Shown here: positions 1 through 10,787 of the stretch, piece by piece
How the letters are laid out: each line of letters opens with the position of its first letter
Position numbering within the stretch: position 1 is the stretch's first letter
IMG/VR virus record: IMGVR_UViG_2597489997_000001
Coordinates: 96,001 to 160,000 of that record
Direction: 5' to 3' (one strand)
Source: a virus
Lineage: Duplodnaviria; Caudoviricetes
DNA length: 64,000 nt
Notes under the pieces: model-generated
The model's input: the letters and a program-made list of their open reading frames with translations, nothing else
Told to the model about the DNA's origin: nothing
Database searches by the model: none
Position numbers and translations under genes: made by a program

Positions 1-1
1 A

Positions 2-238
2 AGCTACTGTAAGAAACTGGAAGCGGTTGATCTTTCCCGTAAAGGTCTGACTACTATCCGTGATAACGCGATCGCACGTACCAATGCTGGCTTTGAAGCC
101 AAGAACGTTCAGAACCTGCACGCTGGTATGCTGAAGCTGTGCAAAGGTGTATCTGAACTGTCTGGTCGTTCTATCAAAGGTCAGTTGGCTTTCGTACAAG
201 CTCAGATCTCTCAGTCTACTAAGAAAAAAGAAGACTAA
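2..238 (+). CDS. 3' end of a gene truncated by the window edge; probably an abundant internal head protein
   Basis: Frame from position 2 is open to TAA at 236-238 (...SIKGQLAFVQAQISQSTKKKED). Codon usage resembles the capsid gene (ctg, ggt, cgt, gct). Lies upstream of G-x-E head proteins and is followed by a hairpin. Confidence 0.6.
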   Translation, partial: SYCKKLEAVDLSRKGLTTIRDNAIARTNAGFEAKNVQNLHAGMLKLCKGVSELSGRSIKGQLAFVQAQISQSTKKKED

Positions 239-242
239 CAAA

Positions 243-281
243 CATAATCGGATAGGGGGCTCTCGCCTCCTATCCTTTATG
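243..281 (+). terminator. Intergenic hairpin framed by CATA...TTATG
   Basis: GGATAGGGGGC-tctc-GCCTCCTATCC (250-275) directly after a stop codon. Confidence 0.6.
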
Positions 282-311
282 AATGCTATGATCTAAACTA
301 GGAGCTTAACG

Positions 312-1397
312 ATGGGCAAATTAATTCCGGATCCAAAAGCCCCGAACGAATCCACCGATTACATCTATGGCGAACGTTTGGCGCCGTTCGAAGAAAGAAT
401 GAATTTCTTTCAGAACGAAAAGGTCGTGGTTAAGAAAGACAACGTTAAGGATGAAGATAAGGCTGAAGTAGATGGCCTAGAATCGCTCATACAACGTTTC
501 AGTGATTGGGGTAAGCTAAGTTTACCTGGGTCAGTTGAAGTGGCTGTAGAGGGCGGTACAGTAGCTGGTGTTGAGGGTAGTGATCAACCTATCCCTTGGA
601 CTAAGTACTTTATTCAGCTTGCTAAAGAAGCGGTTGATTTCATTCTTAACTTTATTAACAACCGTATTGCACGTATTGACAACCGAACCTACCGGACGTC
701 TCTGAACCGTAAACGATTGGGTGTGAAATCAGTAGAGGTAACTTACCCTGCTGGTATCCGTCGTTTGATTGTTCCGCTGACTATCTCTACCGACCCTAAT
801 TGGGTTGTCGGTTCTATTGACACGCTGCGTGACTTCTATAAGCAGTCCATCCAAGCTTATCGCTTCCTCACTGCTTCTATTAAGAATGCCGGTGGTGAAA
901 CATTTGATCTAACTCGTTCGGTAGATGAAACTATCCGTGGTGTTGCCAAATGTTTTAAAATGAAAGCTCAGGGTGAAACGTACGGTACCGATATTCTTCC
1001 TGGTAACAGAAGAATGTACCTGAACGAAGTCACCGATGGTAGCACGGGTGGTATCGGCATCTATTTCTCATCAAGCGGAACTGATGCACGTATGCGTACC
1101 AATGTCTTTACCCCAACAGGGTATTTGATTGACAACACACTGAAGTCCATCGATTCAACGATCAAAGAGATTCGCTCTAACCAGAGTACGGTCTCTCAGT
1201 TGTACAGAACGTTTGAACGCGATGTGGTTAAGTACCAGACAATCAATAACCTTCGTATGGGTGCAGATGGTCGTCAGTATCTCGGGTGGTTAGTTCGCTT
1301 TGCTAAACGTCTCATGAACATGGTTCTGATTTACGTTATCAACGGACTTGACTGTGGTCTTGACTTCTGTAATGCGGGTATCCAGGATGACAATTGA
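312..1397 (+). CDS. Virion head (inner-body-type) protein with N-terminal propeptide
   Basis: 361-aa ORF with GGAG SD. N-terminal region has DGLE/S and AGVE/G, matching the S/A/G-x-E prohead protease motif of phiKZ-like phages. Confidence 0.6.
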   Translation: MGKLIPDPKAPNESTDYIYGERLAPFEERMNFFQNEKVVVKKDNVKDEDKAEVDGLESLIQRFSDWGKLSLPGSVEVAVEGGTVAGVEGSDQPIPWTKYFIQLAKEAVDFILNFINNRIARIDNRTYRTSLNRKRLGVKSVEVTYPAGIRRLIVPLTISTDPNWVVGSIDTLRDFYKQSIQAYRFLTASIKNAGGETFDLTRSVDETIRGVAKCFKMKAQGETYGTDILPGNRRMYLNEVTDGSTGGIGIYFSSSGTDARMRTNVFTPTGYLIDNTLKSIDSTIKEIRSNQSTVSQLYRTFERDVVKYQTINNLRMGADGRQYLGWLVRFAKRLMNMVLIYVINGLDCGLDFCNAGIQDDN

Positions 1398-1902
1398 TAT
1401 TATCAACGTCAATGGTCGGCATACAAAACAGCTGGTCATTGATGCATTCAATAAAGTCAATGGTACTCAGGTAAATCCTGATTTCCAACAGCTCGAGTTT
1501 GAAAGAACAGGTGACAGTAATAAGGTTATGTTGCATAACCCTGGTTCTCAAAAAGGAGCTCTTATTAATAAGATCTCTCTTAGTGACCTGTTCCCCAAAA
1601 CTATCGACCTGAGACCATTCAAAGAACGTACGGGTAATCTACCCGAGTATAACGAGAATGCTGTTAAGTTAATTAACGATAGACACAACACAGAACTTGT
1701 TCACCCAGGTAAAGATGTTCTAAAGGGTCGGACTAACATTCTTGTTGATGATGTTAAGATGTTCCTTCTGTTTTGTCGTGTTTATGGTTTCTACGAACTT
1801 GATATTTCTGAAGTTGAGATTTACAACTTTGGGACATCGCTCGTTATCACACCAAACCAAAACAACCAAATCTACACTGGTACACTTGAGGTCTTAATAT
1901 GA
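1387..1902 (+). CDS. Hypothetical protein, probably virion-associated
   Basis: ORF track 1348..1902; the ATG at 1387 (MTIDIINV), overlapping the upstream gene end, is the more likely start. Confidence 0.6.
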   Translation: MTIDIINVNGRHTKQLVIDAFNKVNGTQVNPDFQQLEFERTGDSNKVMLHNPGSQKGALINKISLSDLFPKTIDLRPFKERTGNLPEYNENAVKLINDRHNTELVHPGKDVLKGRTNILVDDVKMFLLFCRVYGFYELDISEVEIYNFGTSLVITPNQNNQIYTGTLEVLI

Positions 1903-2483
1903 CTTATGCCAATTCTGATAACTACCTACTGCTCAAGCAGCTACTGGTAGCTTTGAAGTTAAAGCATCTGGGTAGTATCGTAGAAGTTGGCAATATCGAG
2001 ATTACCAAGGATGGTGGACTCACTGATAAAATCTGTGAGTTAATGGCTACCATGGAAGCTGACTTCACTTTACCATATGCTCTGCTACGCGACATGCCGG
2101 TCCATATCGACATGTATCATATCCTGGACAGAATGCCAGCACTACATGACACCATCATCACAGACGACGCTATGGCGCCTAGTTTGGATGATAAGGATGG
2201 TCTTTACCGTTTGGTATTCAGTGCTCCAGATATTGAAGGGTTCGGGATCCAAGCGAAGGGTAAACTGAACTCCTATTCTAATACTCGGTTACTGGCTGGT
2301 CGCTTAGTTGAGGCCGCTTCATTAGGACTGACTCGCGTTCGCAAATGGGCTGAGAAATCAGATGACCCTATTCCATTGACGCAGATGTTAACTTTGCTCA
2401 ATGCGGTAGAAATCATTGACTGGCTCTTTGCATACACCAACGATTATTACGGGGTTCCTGAAAATGACCTTAAACGAGAATAA
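1899..2483 (+). CDS. Hypothetical protein
   Basis: 194-aa ORF, GAGG SD, ATGA overlap with the upstream stop. Confidence 0.65.
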   Translation: MTYANSDNYLLLKQLLVALKLKHLGSIVEVGNIEITKDGGLTDKICELMATMEADFTLPYALLRDMPVHIDMYHILDRMPALHDTIITDDAMAPSLDDKDGLYRLVFSAPDIEGFGIQAKGKLNSYSNTRLLAGRLVEAASLGLTRVRKWAEKSDDPIPLTQMLTLLNAVEIIDWLFAYTNDYYGVPENDLKRE

Positions 2484-3303
2484 CATTGACAACGAGTTCC
2501 AAGTAGTCCAGTTCCACCTGGATGGTTGTGAAGCTCTGAACAATGCTATCAACAGTAACGCAACACTGGCTGGCAATGAAAGTTATCTCCACCTTCATCT
2601 GGATGCTTTAAGTTATTCCGGTATGGAAGCAGGTAACAAGTATATTGACAGTCTGAAGGAAGCGGGCAAACGCCTCTATAAAGAAGTGACTGATATGCTC
2701 AAGCGTATTCGTGAGTACTTCTCTGGCGAAGGTAAAGATGCGGCTGACGCTCGTCTTAATGAGGCAAAAGAAACTTCCGATGCTCTCGGTAAGATGACGC
2801 CTACTGCTCCATTGCCTGATGACCACCCGGCTCGTAACCCGGATACTTACATCAAAGATCTGGAAGGTGGTGTTGACTTCAATGAACTGATTGAAGAAGA
2901 CAGTAAACTTCGGGGCGCTATGGAAAAGGTACGTCGTGCCTTTGAACCTGTTAAGAATGCGGCAACTGTAGGTCAGTTGCGTGCAGTCTATGCCCAGGCC
3001 ATTAAGGCATCTGAAGATGCTATCAATGTGATTTCCCGTAGCCTGGATGAAAAAGTTCGTAAAGCAGAAGCAGCGGCTTCTAAATTGCGTAATCCTAAAA
3101 CACCTAAAGACACTGATCCTAAAGAAGTTTCAGATGCGGTGAAGCAGGAAAACCAGGAAGCTACCAATACGGCTAAGATTGAAACACGTCAGGCTCGTAT
3201 TGTCGGCGGAATGCGTAACAAGATCGTTGCTGCGCTAGGTCACATCCAGTCATCTGGGCGTGGTCTGAAAGCCAAGATGCCTAAGTCCAAGTTTAAGGGG
3301 TAA
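2464..3303 (+). CDS. Virion head protein with processed propeptide
   Basis: Likely start 2464 (MTLNENN). DGCE/A, AGNE/S and SGME/A are clustered in the first ~60 aa, followed by a helical Lys/Ala-rich body. Confidence 0.6.
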   Translation: MTLNENNIDNEFQVVQFHLDGCEALNNAINSNATLAGNESYLHLHLDALSYSGMEAGNKYIDSLKEAGKRLYKEVTDMLKRIREYFSGEGKDAADARLNEAKETSDALGKMTPTAPLPDDHPARNPDTYIKDLEGGVDFNELIEEDSKLRGAMEKVRRAFEPVKNAATVGQLRAVYAQAIKASEDAINVISRSLDEKVRKAEAAASKLRNPKTPKDTDPKEVSDAVKQENQEATNTAKIETRQARIVGGMRNKIVAALGHIQSSGRGLKAKMPKSKFKG

Positions 3304-3305
3304 CC

Positions 3306-4226
3306 ATGAGCTATTCATTTAAGGAAGATGTCACCGCCAGATTACCGGACGGTCACTCCTTAATACGAATGTACTCAGTAGGTGAATCCGAAACCCACAT
3401 AGAAACTCTTAAGGGCTCCATTAAGCATACTTTCATAATGGCCAAGGTGGATGTCTCACCTTGGTTCCTTAAACTCCCTACAATCGCTCTCAAAGAGAAT
3501 GCGACCTATAATGACCTTTATGCTTTAATTAGCGAGGTCTATTCGTTAGGGTTAGTTGAAGGTGTTGACTATTTTAATGCTCAGCCCGTAAACCCCACAG
3601 AAATCAAGCAGTACTTCGCATTGCCTATTTTGAAGGATAGCCATGGTTATCGTGGTGAAATGCGTTGTTATGCGATTAAGGATGATTTCTCGGGCATCAG
3701 TGGTCATGTACAACGTGATCTTACTGAAGTTGATATGTTGGAAGAATTCACTCGACTGAAGATTCGTAACTACCTGGCTGGTAACCTCTTTACTTATGAC
3801 CGTCCTATGTTTATCGATGATCGGTTAAGTATCGGGTTTATCGACTATGTCTCTTCTTCCAGTTACGATGAGTTAGGTCCTATCGGTCCGGCTTTACTTC
3901 GTGAAGAATTAATTCAGTGTTCTGTTGTTGATGTGTTCAACGATGGTATCTCTGATGTCTCAATTCTTAAGACTGCGTCCAACGAACTATCCTTCTTACG
4001 TTATCTTTCTGAAAAGGGTGATTTACCTTCTCTTAAAAATTACGAGAGAATTGATCTTGAGATAGATGACTCGAAAGGGTTGCCTATTGGAGATAGTGAT
4101 AGTAGTTCGGAGAATCCGGGTCAGGGGAAAGGGGATATTAATAACACGAACGATAGTGAGTTTCCTAATTCCTCTACCGGAGGTAACTGGGAAGTAGATA
4201 AACCAGTAGAGATTGAAATCATTTAA
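3306..4226 (+). CDS. Hypothetical protein, probably structural
   Basis: 306-aa ORF with AAGGGG SD and an acidic disordered C-terminus. Confidence 0.6.
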   Translation: MSYSFKEDVTARLPDGHSLIRMYSVGESETHIETLKGSIKHTFIMAKVDVSPWFLKLPTIALKENATYNDLYALISEVYSLGLVEGVDYFNAQPVNPTEIKQYFALPILKDSHGYRGEMRCYAIKDDFSGISGHVQRDLTEVDMLEEFTRLKIRNYLAGNLFTYDRPMFIDDRLSIGFIDYVSSSSYDELGPIGPALLREELIQCSVVDVFNDGISDVSILKTASNELSFLRYLSEKGDLPSLKNYERIDLEIDDSKGLPIGDSDSSSENPGQGKGDINNTNDSEFPNSSTGGNWEVDKPVEIEII

Positions 4227-4233
4227 CTAAGAT

Positions 4234-4266
4234 CCTATTACTCCTTAATCGGGGTAATAGGGTTTT
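4234..4266 (+). terminator. Intrinsic terminator-like hairpin
   Basis: CCTATTACTCC-ttaatc-GGGGTAATAGG followed by GTTTT. Confidence 0.6.
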
Positions 4267-4301
4267 GATGTTATGATTGTAATTAAGAGGGATACAACAC
4301 T

Positions 4302-5891
4302 ATGTTTTCAGTTAAGATTCCTTCATTTGAAACTTACAAGACAGGATTGCGTCCAGCTGTTTTAACATCATTGGGACAGATACTGAAGTATTGTGATATC
4401 GATTTAAATCACAAAATCTTTTTCAATAATGAAGCTGAAGTCTCTAAGTTATTAGGTGGAGAGTATAATGGGAGACGAGGGGATGATGTTGCTACGGATG
4501 TTGGTTTTGATAACAAGATCTTCGTAGAGCTGGAAAGAGAGTTAGCCGGATATAACGATGAGTTGGATGGGAACACCACTGACGATACCGTTCCTCCTGT
4601 TTGGAGAGATCCTATCACAGGCTCCACTATTACTCCTAAGTACAGTACCCGTCGTTTCAACGTGACAGTTAACAAGTATTTCAAAGATCGTGTTAGTGCT
4701 GAGCGGTTCTATACCAACATTCGTTCTAAGACATTGGGTATCCATCAGAACAGTGAGTTCTCAACAGAGACACACTACCCGATTACTTATCCGATGATGC
4801 AGTGTTACAAAGAGATCTTCGACAGACTCATTGTTGCTAAACAGTTGCCTGATGATAAAGACTTTATTGACTGGATGATGGAATGTTCTACAGTACCTTC
4901 TGGTATCTTGAGAAACCTCATCGGTAATAACCCGGTCTTTGTCTTTAAACAGTGTATCGATGAAATCGGTATCAATATGGAAAACCCGAACATGGCTCAG
5001 GTCAATCAGGGTAGCTATATTGGTAAGTACGAGGTGAGTTTCCGTTATTGGTTCTTCTGGTCTGAACATACCGAATGGATTAACCGTTATCCGTTACAGG
5101 TATATCAACAGCCAATGCCTGAAGAGTATATTCCTGACGTGTTTGAAAAGAACATGGAAGATTATGCTACTCGTCGCTTCTTCGAATCAGCAGCTTCTGC
5201 TGTGGTGTTCGATTACAAGAAGAACAAAGATCCGTTCTATATCGTTCTCCCTAAACAAGACAACTGGAGACCAGCCCCGGAATACTGGATTAGTCCCCAG
5301 CTTCAAGTCGTTGTTAACATGGAAGACGTTGACCAGCAGGTGCTTCTGAATATCAAGGAAATCCAAGGTTTCGATTGGAACCCTAAAGTTCTTGGTTATA
5401 TCATGAAGTACCATGATAAGGTTACGAACAGACACGCTAACCCGATGCAGTTCAAAGTGTATTCCGATGATATCCAGGTATTGGAGTCCCAGATTAAGTT
5501 ATTTGATAACGGTGATTTGATCCTGACTCGTAAACCCCGGATGAGTAACATCTACCGAATCACTTTTAACTTCGACTACGCCCTCCGCCTTTACAGCGAA
5601 GAGTGTATTAAGGATTTCCTGAACGACCCGGAATGGGCTGAATGGATCATCGGTAATCTATTCCCGCAATGGCCTTGGAATCCAGGATTCGGTCAAGGTG
5701 GCGAGAATGATTGGTGGGATATCCATAATGGAATTGAAGTCGGGGATGGCGAAGAGATTCATCCATACTTCCCTTACGGTATGTTGTACAGTCTTATTAT
5801 AGCACACCGTGAAGGACAGTCCCACGATCAATTTGAAAACCTCATGAATAAAGGTAACATCGATGGCACAGACTATTATCGGCAGTACTAA
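4302..5891 (+). CDS. Virion structural protein (phiKZ-family neck/tail region by synteny)
   Basis: 529-aa ORF with GAGGG SD, in the conserved block preceding the DnaB-capsid cluster. Function inferred from position only. Confidence 0.5.
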   Translation: MFSVKIPSFETYKTGLRPAVLTSLGQILKYCDIDLNHKIFFNNEAEVSKLLGGEYNGRRGDDVATDVGFDNKIFVELERELAGYNDELDGNTTDDTVPPVWRDPITGSTITPKYSTRRFNVTVNKYFKDRVSAERFYTNIRSKTLGIHQNSEFSTETHYPITYPMMQCYKEIFDRLIVAKQLPDDKDFIDWMMECSTVPSGILRNLIGNNPVFVFKQCIDEIGINMENPNMAQVNQGSYIGKYEVSFRYWFFWSEHTEWINRYPLQVYQQPMPEEYIPDVFEKNMEDYATRRFFESAASAVVFDYKKNKDPFYIVLPKQDNWRPAPEYWISPQLQVVVNMEDVDQQVLLNIKEIQGFDWNPKVLGYIMKYHDKVTNRHANPMQFKVYSDDIQVLESQIKLFDNGDLILTRKPRMSNIYRITFNFDYALRLYSEECIKDFLNDPEWAEWIIGNLFPQWPWNPGFGQGGENDWWDIHNGIEVGDGEEIHPYFPYGMLYSLIIAHREGQSHDQFENLMNKGNIDGTDYYRQY

Positions 5892-7161
5892 GCCCCCGGT
5901 TAAAGAAGAAGTTGCTTTACCGAAGGAGTACCGCCATACGTTAGTTGAGTCACGATATATTCCTCATACAAGTATGTTGTCCCACGTCCCTGGTACCCCA
6001 ACCAGGGTTTGGTGGTATCGCGGTTCTTATGGTCGTGATGAAGAACAGCATCAGTTTGAGCCAGAGTCTATCGAGACTTATGCTTCATATAAAGTGATCA
6101 AAGACCTTATCGTTAAAATCGATAATGGAAATGGTAACTTTAACTTCATTCAACAGAGTGGTCAGTCAGATCACCGTTTGTCTGGTTATGTCTTATTTGA
6201 TCTGACGCCTAACAAAGGCGACTTGTTCATTAAAGACGTAGGGGATGGTCGTGCTGGGCTATATGCTTTAGTTGAGCAACCTGAAATCAGAACCATCTAT
6301 GCTGATAAGTGTTACTACTTTGAAGCGGAACTCCAAGCATTTATGACCGATGCAGTTCAGGCCAATCTGGACTCTAAGGTTATTGAAGTACTTCACTATT
6401 CTAAAGACTCAGCAGTAGCTGGCGGTAATGCGGTACTTACCGAGAATGACTACAGTCTGAACAAACGTCTTTACGATATGCAGATTGCCATCATCGATGA
6501 CATCATGGCTAACCACTACTTCTGGGATGAAGATACGATCTGTATTCCTAATACGGAAGGTGATTGGTTGTACGATCCATATCTGGCGAAGTTCTTAAGC
6601 TACGTGTTCCCTACTAAGTTGGTCGGTGCTCGTAAGAAGATCACAACCCTGAGCGTTCAATATTACGTTGACGACAGGAAGATGCAAGATCCTATTACTG
6701 TGTGGGATATGTTCTATCGGAATGACTTCAGTAACCCAGCCCGATACAAACAGGACTACTACGTCCACCCTCGCAATAACCTGATCAACACCCGTTTCTA
6801 TGGTAACGTATTCTTCTCTAAATTTGACAGAGCAATCGTTATCCACAAAGAGAGTGCTCCACGTAACCCATACCTTTATAGCGGTGCATTAGTGCCGTCA
6901 CCAGTACCCAATCCACCCCGTCCCCCATCAGAGGGAACGAAGTGGGATTATTTCTTCGGAGATGATTTCTACAATGGTGGTGGTACTGATACTCAGAAGT
7001 TTATTTGGAAGATGTTCAAAGAGAAGACTATTGACAAAGCAGAGCTGATGAAAGTTCTGGAAGGTTATTGGTCTCTTGATGATGTCTCTAAACTTTACAT
7101 GAGTGGTATCTACGTTGGGGCTATTAAGACTGCGCTGGTAACTAACAGCCAATACACTTAA
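5863..7161 (+). CDS. Virion structural protein
   Basis: 432-aa ORF with AAGG SD, overlapping the upstream gene; conserved structural block. Confidence 0.5.
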   Translation: MAQTIIGSTKPPVKEEVALPKEYRHTLVESRYIPHTSMLSHVPGTPTRVWWYRGSYGRDEEQHQFEPESIETYASYKVIKDLIVKIDNGNGNFNFIQQSGQSDHRLSGYVLFDLTPNKGDLFIKDVGDGRAGLYALVEQPEIRTIYADKCYYFEAELQAFMTDAVQANLDSKVIEVLHYSKDSAVAGGNAVLTENDYSLNKRLYDMQIAIIDDIMANHYFWDEDTICIPNTEGDWLYDPYLAKFLSYVFPTKLVGARKKITTLSVQYYVDDRKMQDPITVWDMFYRNDFSNPARYKQDYYVHPRNNLINTRFYGNVFFSKFDRAIVIHKESAPRNPYLYSGALVPSPVPNPPRPPSEGTKWDYFFGDDFYNGGGTDTQKFIWKMFKEKTIDKAELMKVLEGYWSLDDVSKLYMSGIYVGAIKTALVTNSQYT

Positions 7162-7169
7162 GGCCAAGT

Positions 7170-7808
7170 ATGCAAACTGAACGTTATATCCATCTTCGTA
7201 AAGAACTGGTTAGACTGTACAAGGTTCTTACTGAACAAACCTATACGGTCATTATCCCGTTATCTTCATTCCTCACTCTGAAGCAACTCGAATATGCAAA
7301 GGAACGTCCACCGATCGCAGGATTTGAATCGTTGGAAATCCCGGTAGAACGTCCATTCACCATTGCTCGTTTACTCACTGCTGTTGACGTTATGGGGGAC
7401 GAGCTGGAGATTGGATTCCGATTCCCGCGTAAAGACATCCCTGAAGTCTACACCAATATCCAGGATTGGATTCGCTACTGGATAGAGATTAAACGAGATG
7501 CTGGGTACTTGAGGACCCCAAGCATTGATGAACTTGCATTAATGGAACGTCTGGCTAAATACGTATTCTCGGCGTACGCCCATTATCACCATGAGAAAAT
7601 CAATAAAACTCTGAACGTTAACACGCAAAGCGAGATGACTTTACTTGATATTCTTAAAGGCAAGATGATGTTCGGTTCTGATATAGATGAACCGATCTCA
7701 TTCATTTCTTATGTGGATGAGTGGCGTTCTTCGACTGGGTATTCAGCTCAGATGGAAGAGTCAAGGAGTTACAACGCGAGTATGTCTGGATTTGGCGGGG
7801 GTATGTAA
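7170..7808 (+). CDS. Hypothetical protein
   Basis: 212-aa ORF with AAGG SD. Confidence 0.65.
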   Translation: MQTERYIHLRKELVRLYKVLTEQTYTVIIPLSSFLTLKQLEYAKERPPIAGFESLEIPVERPFTIARLLTAVDVMGDELEIGFRFPRKDIPEVYTNIQDWIRYWIEIKRDAGYLRTPSIDELALMERLAKYVFSAYAHYHHEKINKTLNVNTQSEMTLLDILKGKMMFGSDIDEPISFISYVDEWRSSTGYSAQMEESRSYNASMSGFGGGM

Positions 7809-9148
7809 TGCTCGGTAATCAGATTCAGGCATTTCTTAAACAAGCCACACTAACAGCTAAGATTACGAATAACCCTGCTGAGACAATGACCATCCAAGTC
7901 ATCATAATCACGCCTACGAACCAATATACGGCGTTAGGATGTGAAAGGATGGTAGAGATGGCTGACTTTGTTACAGGGACGTCAGAGACCGTACAGATTC
8001 GTGTGCGTCTACAACCATCAGTCTACTTCGACAAGATCGTTCCATATCGTGATGATATCAAGATTCAAGTCGTAATGGATTCAGGTACTGACAGGTTTGT
8101 AAGGGAGTACACCGGGGTTCCTCTTGTCGACAGGGACGTTCGTTCAGAGAGCAACAACACTGCTGCTACTAACTTGGAAGCACTGGATACCACTAACCTG
8201 GTAGCTTATGAATTCCAGTTAATAGATCCTGGGTATGCCGTTATTCGTAATAAGCCTGTATCGAACATCTATCAGATGGCAAACATCGAGAACGTGCTCG
8301 GTACAGTAATGGAAGAAGAAACTAAGAAGTTAGGATTGACCGGTTATAGTGCATATAAGGGAATGTACATGCACCGCCCTGTAGATAACACCAAAAACTA
8401 TCCGCAGATCATCTTACCTTCCGGTACCCGTCTTAAGGACGTCCCACGGTATCTCCAGAATCATAACGAGTATGGGGTTTACTCTAAAGGGTGTGGTTGC
8501 TTCTATAAGCAGAACTACTGGTGGATTTATCCGTTGTTCAATACCAACCTTTCAGATACCCATCCTCGACCTATCGATATTCTCAGAGTACCAGAGAACA
8601 AGATACCTGATTTGGACCATACGTTTTATCGTTCTGATATCTCCATGACAATCATAGCTTGTGGTAAAGGCGATCATAAAGATAGAGCCGATATCCGTAA
8701 GCAGAATGATGGTGTTGGGCAACGTGTTGTTATGGGTGATTCAATAGCCGGTGATACTGGCTACCACTATAACAATGGACGTGCTATTACCACTCGTGCT
8801 GACTCCATGCAAGAGTATAAACTATCAGACAGACGTAATGGTGAGGAATGGACGCCAATCGATCTGAACCCTACTGGTAACGTTTGCGCACCTATGTCAA
8901 CTAACGCCTTCAACGAAGGTGAGATAATTGAAGTGGAGTGGCGTAACGGAGATGTGGGTTATTTGGAACCAGGACACCCTGTACGCTATCAGTACATGCA
9001 AGATGAGGATACCATGTCACTTAGACGTGGCGTGCTCTTAGGGTACCGTACAGACTTTATTCCGATCACTACCTATGCAACACCGATGTTAAAACGCACA
9101 ACTATATTGAAGTTGTTCTTAAAACGTCAAGAAAAGTATAAAGCGTAA
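7808..9148 (+). CDS. Virion structural protein, possible baseplate hub
   Basis: TAATG stop/start coupling gives start 7808 (MLGNQ). Beta-rich 446 aa; the C-terminal W...D...LEPG.PV segment resembles contractile-tail hub proteins (inference). Confidence 0.45.
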   Translation: MLGNQIQAFLKQATLTAKITNNPAETMTIQVIIITPTNQYTALGCERMVEMADFVTGTSETVQIRVRLQPSVYFDKIVPYRDDIKIQVVMDSGTDRFVREYTGVPLVDRDVRSESNNTAATNLEALDTTNLVAYEFQLIDPGYAVIRNKPVSNIYQMANIENVLGTVMEEETKKLGLTGYSAYKGMYMHRPVDNTKNYPQIILPSGTRLKDVPRYLQNHNEYGVYSKGCGCFYKQNYWWIYPLFNTNLSDTHPRPIDILRVPENKIPDLDHTFYRSDISMTIIACGKGDHKDRADIRKQNDGVGQRVVMGDSIAGDTGYHYNNGRAITTRADSMQEYKLSDRRNGEEWTPIDLNPTGNVCAPMSTNAFNEGEIIEVEWRNGDVGYLEPGHPVRYQYMQDEDTMSLRRGVLLGYRTDFIPITTYATPMLKRTTILKLFLKRQEKYKA

Positions 9149-9156
9149 AACAAATA

Positions 9157-9209
9157 CATAACTACTAGAACAGGACCGCGAGGTCCTGTTCTAGCATTTG
9201 CTTGTTATG
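9157..9209. terminator. Bidirectional terminator between convergent genes
   Basis: Perfect 13-bp stem CTAGAACAGGACC-gcga-GGTCCTGTTCTAG (9165-9194), framed by CATAAC...GTTATG. Confidence 0.75.
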
Positions 9210-10749
9210 CTTCCATATCGTCGAAGTCTGAACCGCCACCCATTGCTTCACTACGGTGTGATAGTGATTTACGGAAAATCTTTTTCTCGAAGTTTACATC
9301 GTGGACTAAGCCATTATGAGGATCAAGAGGATAAATACCAAAACGGTTGCTTTCCATTGCTCCTTCACCACGCATCTTACCGACGTAGTAAGTAAAGAAG
9401 TTTTCGTTGTTCTGCATCTTAGCAACGTGGAAACCAATAACACAGTCTACTTCGTTCGTTAACTTAGTTGAACCTTCAGTCATTGACTTACCGCCAACAT
9501 CACGGATGAAGTATGCTTCTGAATCGTCGTCCTGTTCACGAATGAACTTCTTAGCTTCTGGGTTAAGCTGATGCGGTGTGAGCAGAGCTGCACCACGAGA
9601 GGTAAAGAAGTTACGAGCACGGTTATACAAGTTCTGAAGTTTATCAGAACGAGATTCACCTTGACAACCAGACAAGTCAGCCATAGCCAAGTAGTCATAA
9701 GCTGCAACGATGATTTCGTGACCTTTCAGTTCCAGTGTGCGAATACGCTGCATGATTTCGTGAATGTTATCATGAGACGGGTTAACACGATAGAACTTAA
9801 ATGCCCAACCGGACTCTTCAAACGTTTCGATGATCGTAGTCACAACTTCGTTAGTCGTAGCTTTAAAGAAGTCTGGCTTAGTACCAGTCTTAGCAGTAAC
9901 GAACAGTTCATACATACGCTTAAAGATCAGACCTAAGCTATCCTCAGCTGACATCAATACAACAGTTGGAATCTTCGTCTTATTACGGAGAATCGGTTTG
10001 TTGTATAAAGGAACTGATGCGATGAGGTGAGCAAGACCAAATGACTTACCACGGTTAGTCAGAGCTTCGATCATGTACATCAAACCACGACGGATACCGC
10101 AGTCAGGATACAGAGCTTCGTTAAGACCAGCCAAACCAGTTTTAATAATACCTTCTGGAGAGATCTCAACTTTAAGCTGATCGATTACACTTGCAATACC
10201 TTCTGGGTTATCAGAACCCGTAGCTTCAACCACAGCTTTATCGAAGGTATTCTCATTCATGTCGTTAATCTTCTCAGAGATCAACTCACCCATTTTAATC
10301 CAATCATCTTTACTAAGGTCTTGTTCACCTTCAAAGAGGATTGGTCTAACCATACTGCGAAACTCTGCCGAGAATTTCCCACGAGTATCGACATCACGCA
10401 GTTCTTTAATAATTTGGAAGATAAGATGACGGGCATCTTCAGTCGCATAACCATCTACGAATGCTTCTCCCAGAACTTTCTCTAACTCAGGAGAAAGAAG
10501 GATAATCTCTGCAACCTTACTGGACAGCAATGATGTTATGATATTGGAGTCTTCGGGCTGCTCACGTATCCAGCCGAGTAGTTTACGAAGATACGCTTCT
10601 GTTTTCTTGTCTTGTTGAACCAAGCTCTCTTTGCTCTTAGGAACATCACCTGCGAGTAAGATGATTTCATCCATGAGGTCTACGTCTTTTAAACGCCATG
10701 CTTGATACATCGCAGTAGCTAATTTGACGAGACGAATCAGGTTGTTCAT
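9205..10749 (-). CDS. dnaB: DnaB-like replicative helicase
   Basis: IKTGLAGLN, Walker A EALTNRGKS, SAED, Walker B-like AYDYL, HQLN and GKMRG. Divergent from the capsid operon as in phiKZ (gp118 next to gp120). Confidence 0.85.
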   Translation of the reverse strand: MNNLIRLVKLATAMYQAWRLKDVDLMDEIILLAGDVPKSKESLVQQDKKTEAYLRKLLGWIREQPEDSNIITSLLSSKVAEIILLSPELEKVLGEAFVDGYATEDARHLIFQIIKELRDVDTRGKFSAEFRSMVRPILFEGEQDLSKDDWIKMGELISEKINDMNENTFDKAVVEATGSDNPEGIASVIDQLKVEISPEGIIKTGLAGLNEALYPDCGIRRGLMYMIEALTNRGKSFGLAHLIASVPLYNKPILRNKTKIPTVVLMSAEDSLGLIFKRMYELFVTAKTGTKPDFFKATTNEVVTTIIETFEESGWAFKFYRVNPSHDNIHEIMQRIRTLELKGHEIIVAAYDYLAMADLSGCQGESRSDKLQNLYNRARNFFTSRGAALLTPHQLNPEAKKFIREQDDDSEAYFIRDVGGKSMTEGSTKLTNEVDCVIGFHVAKMQNNENFFTYYVGKMRGEGAMESNRFGIYPLDPHNGLVHDVNFEKKIFRKSLSHRSEAMGGGSDFDDMEA

Positions 10750-10787
10750 TTATTGCTCCTAGTAAAAATCTTTTAAAGGTAATTAGT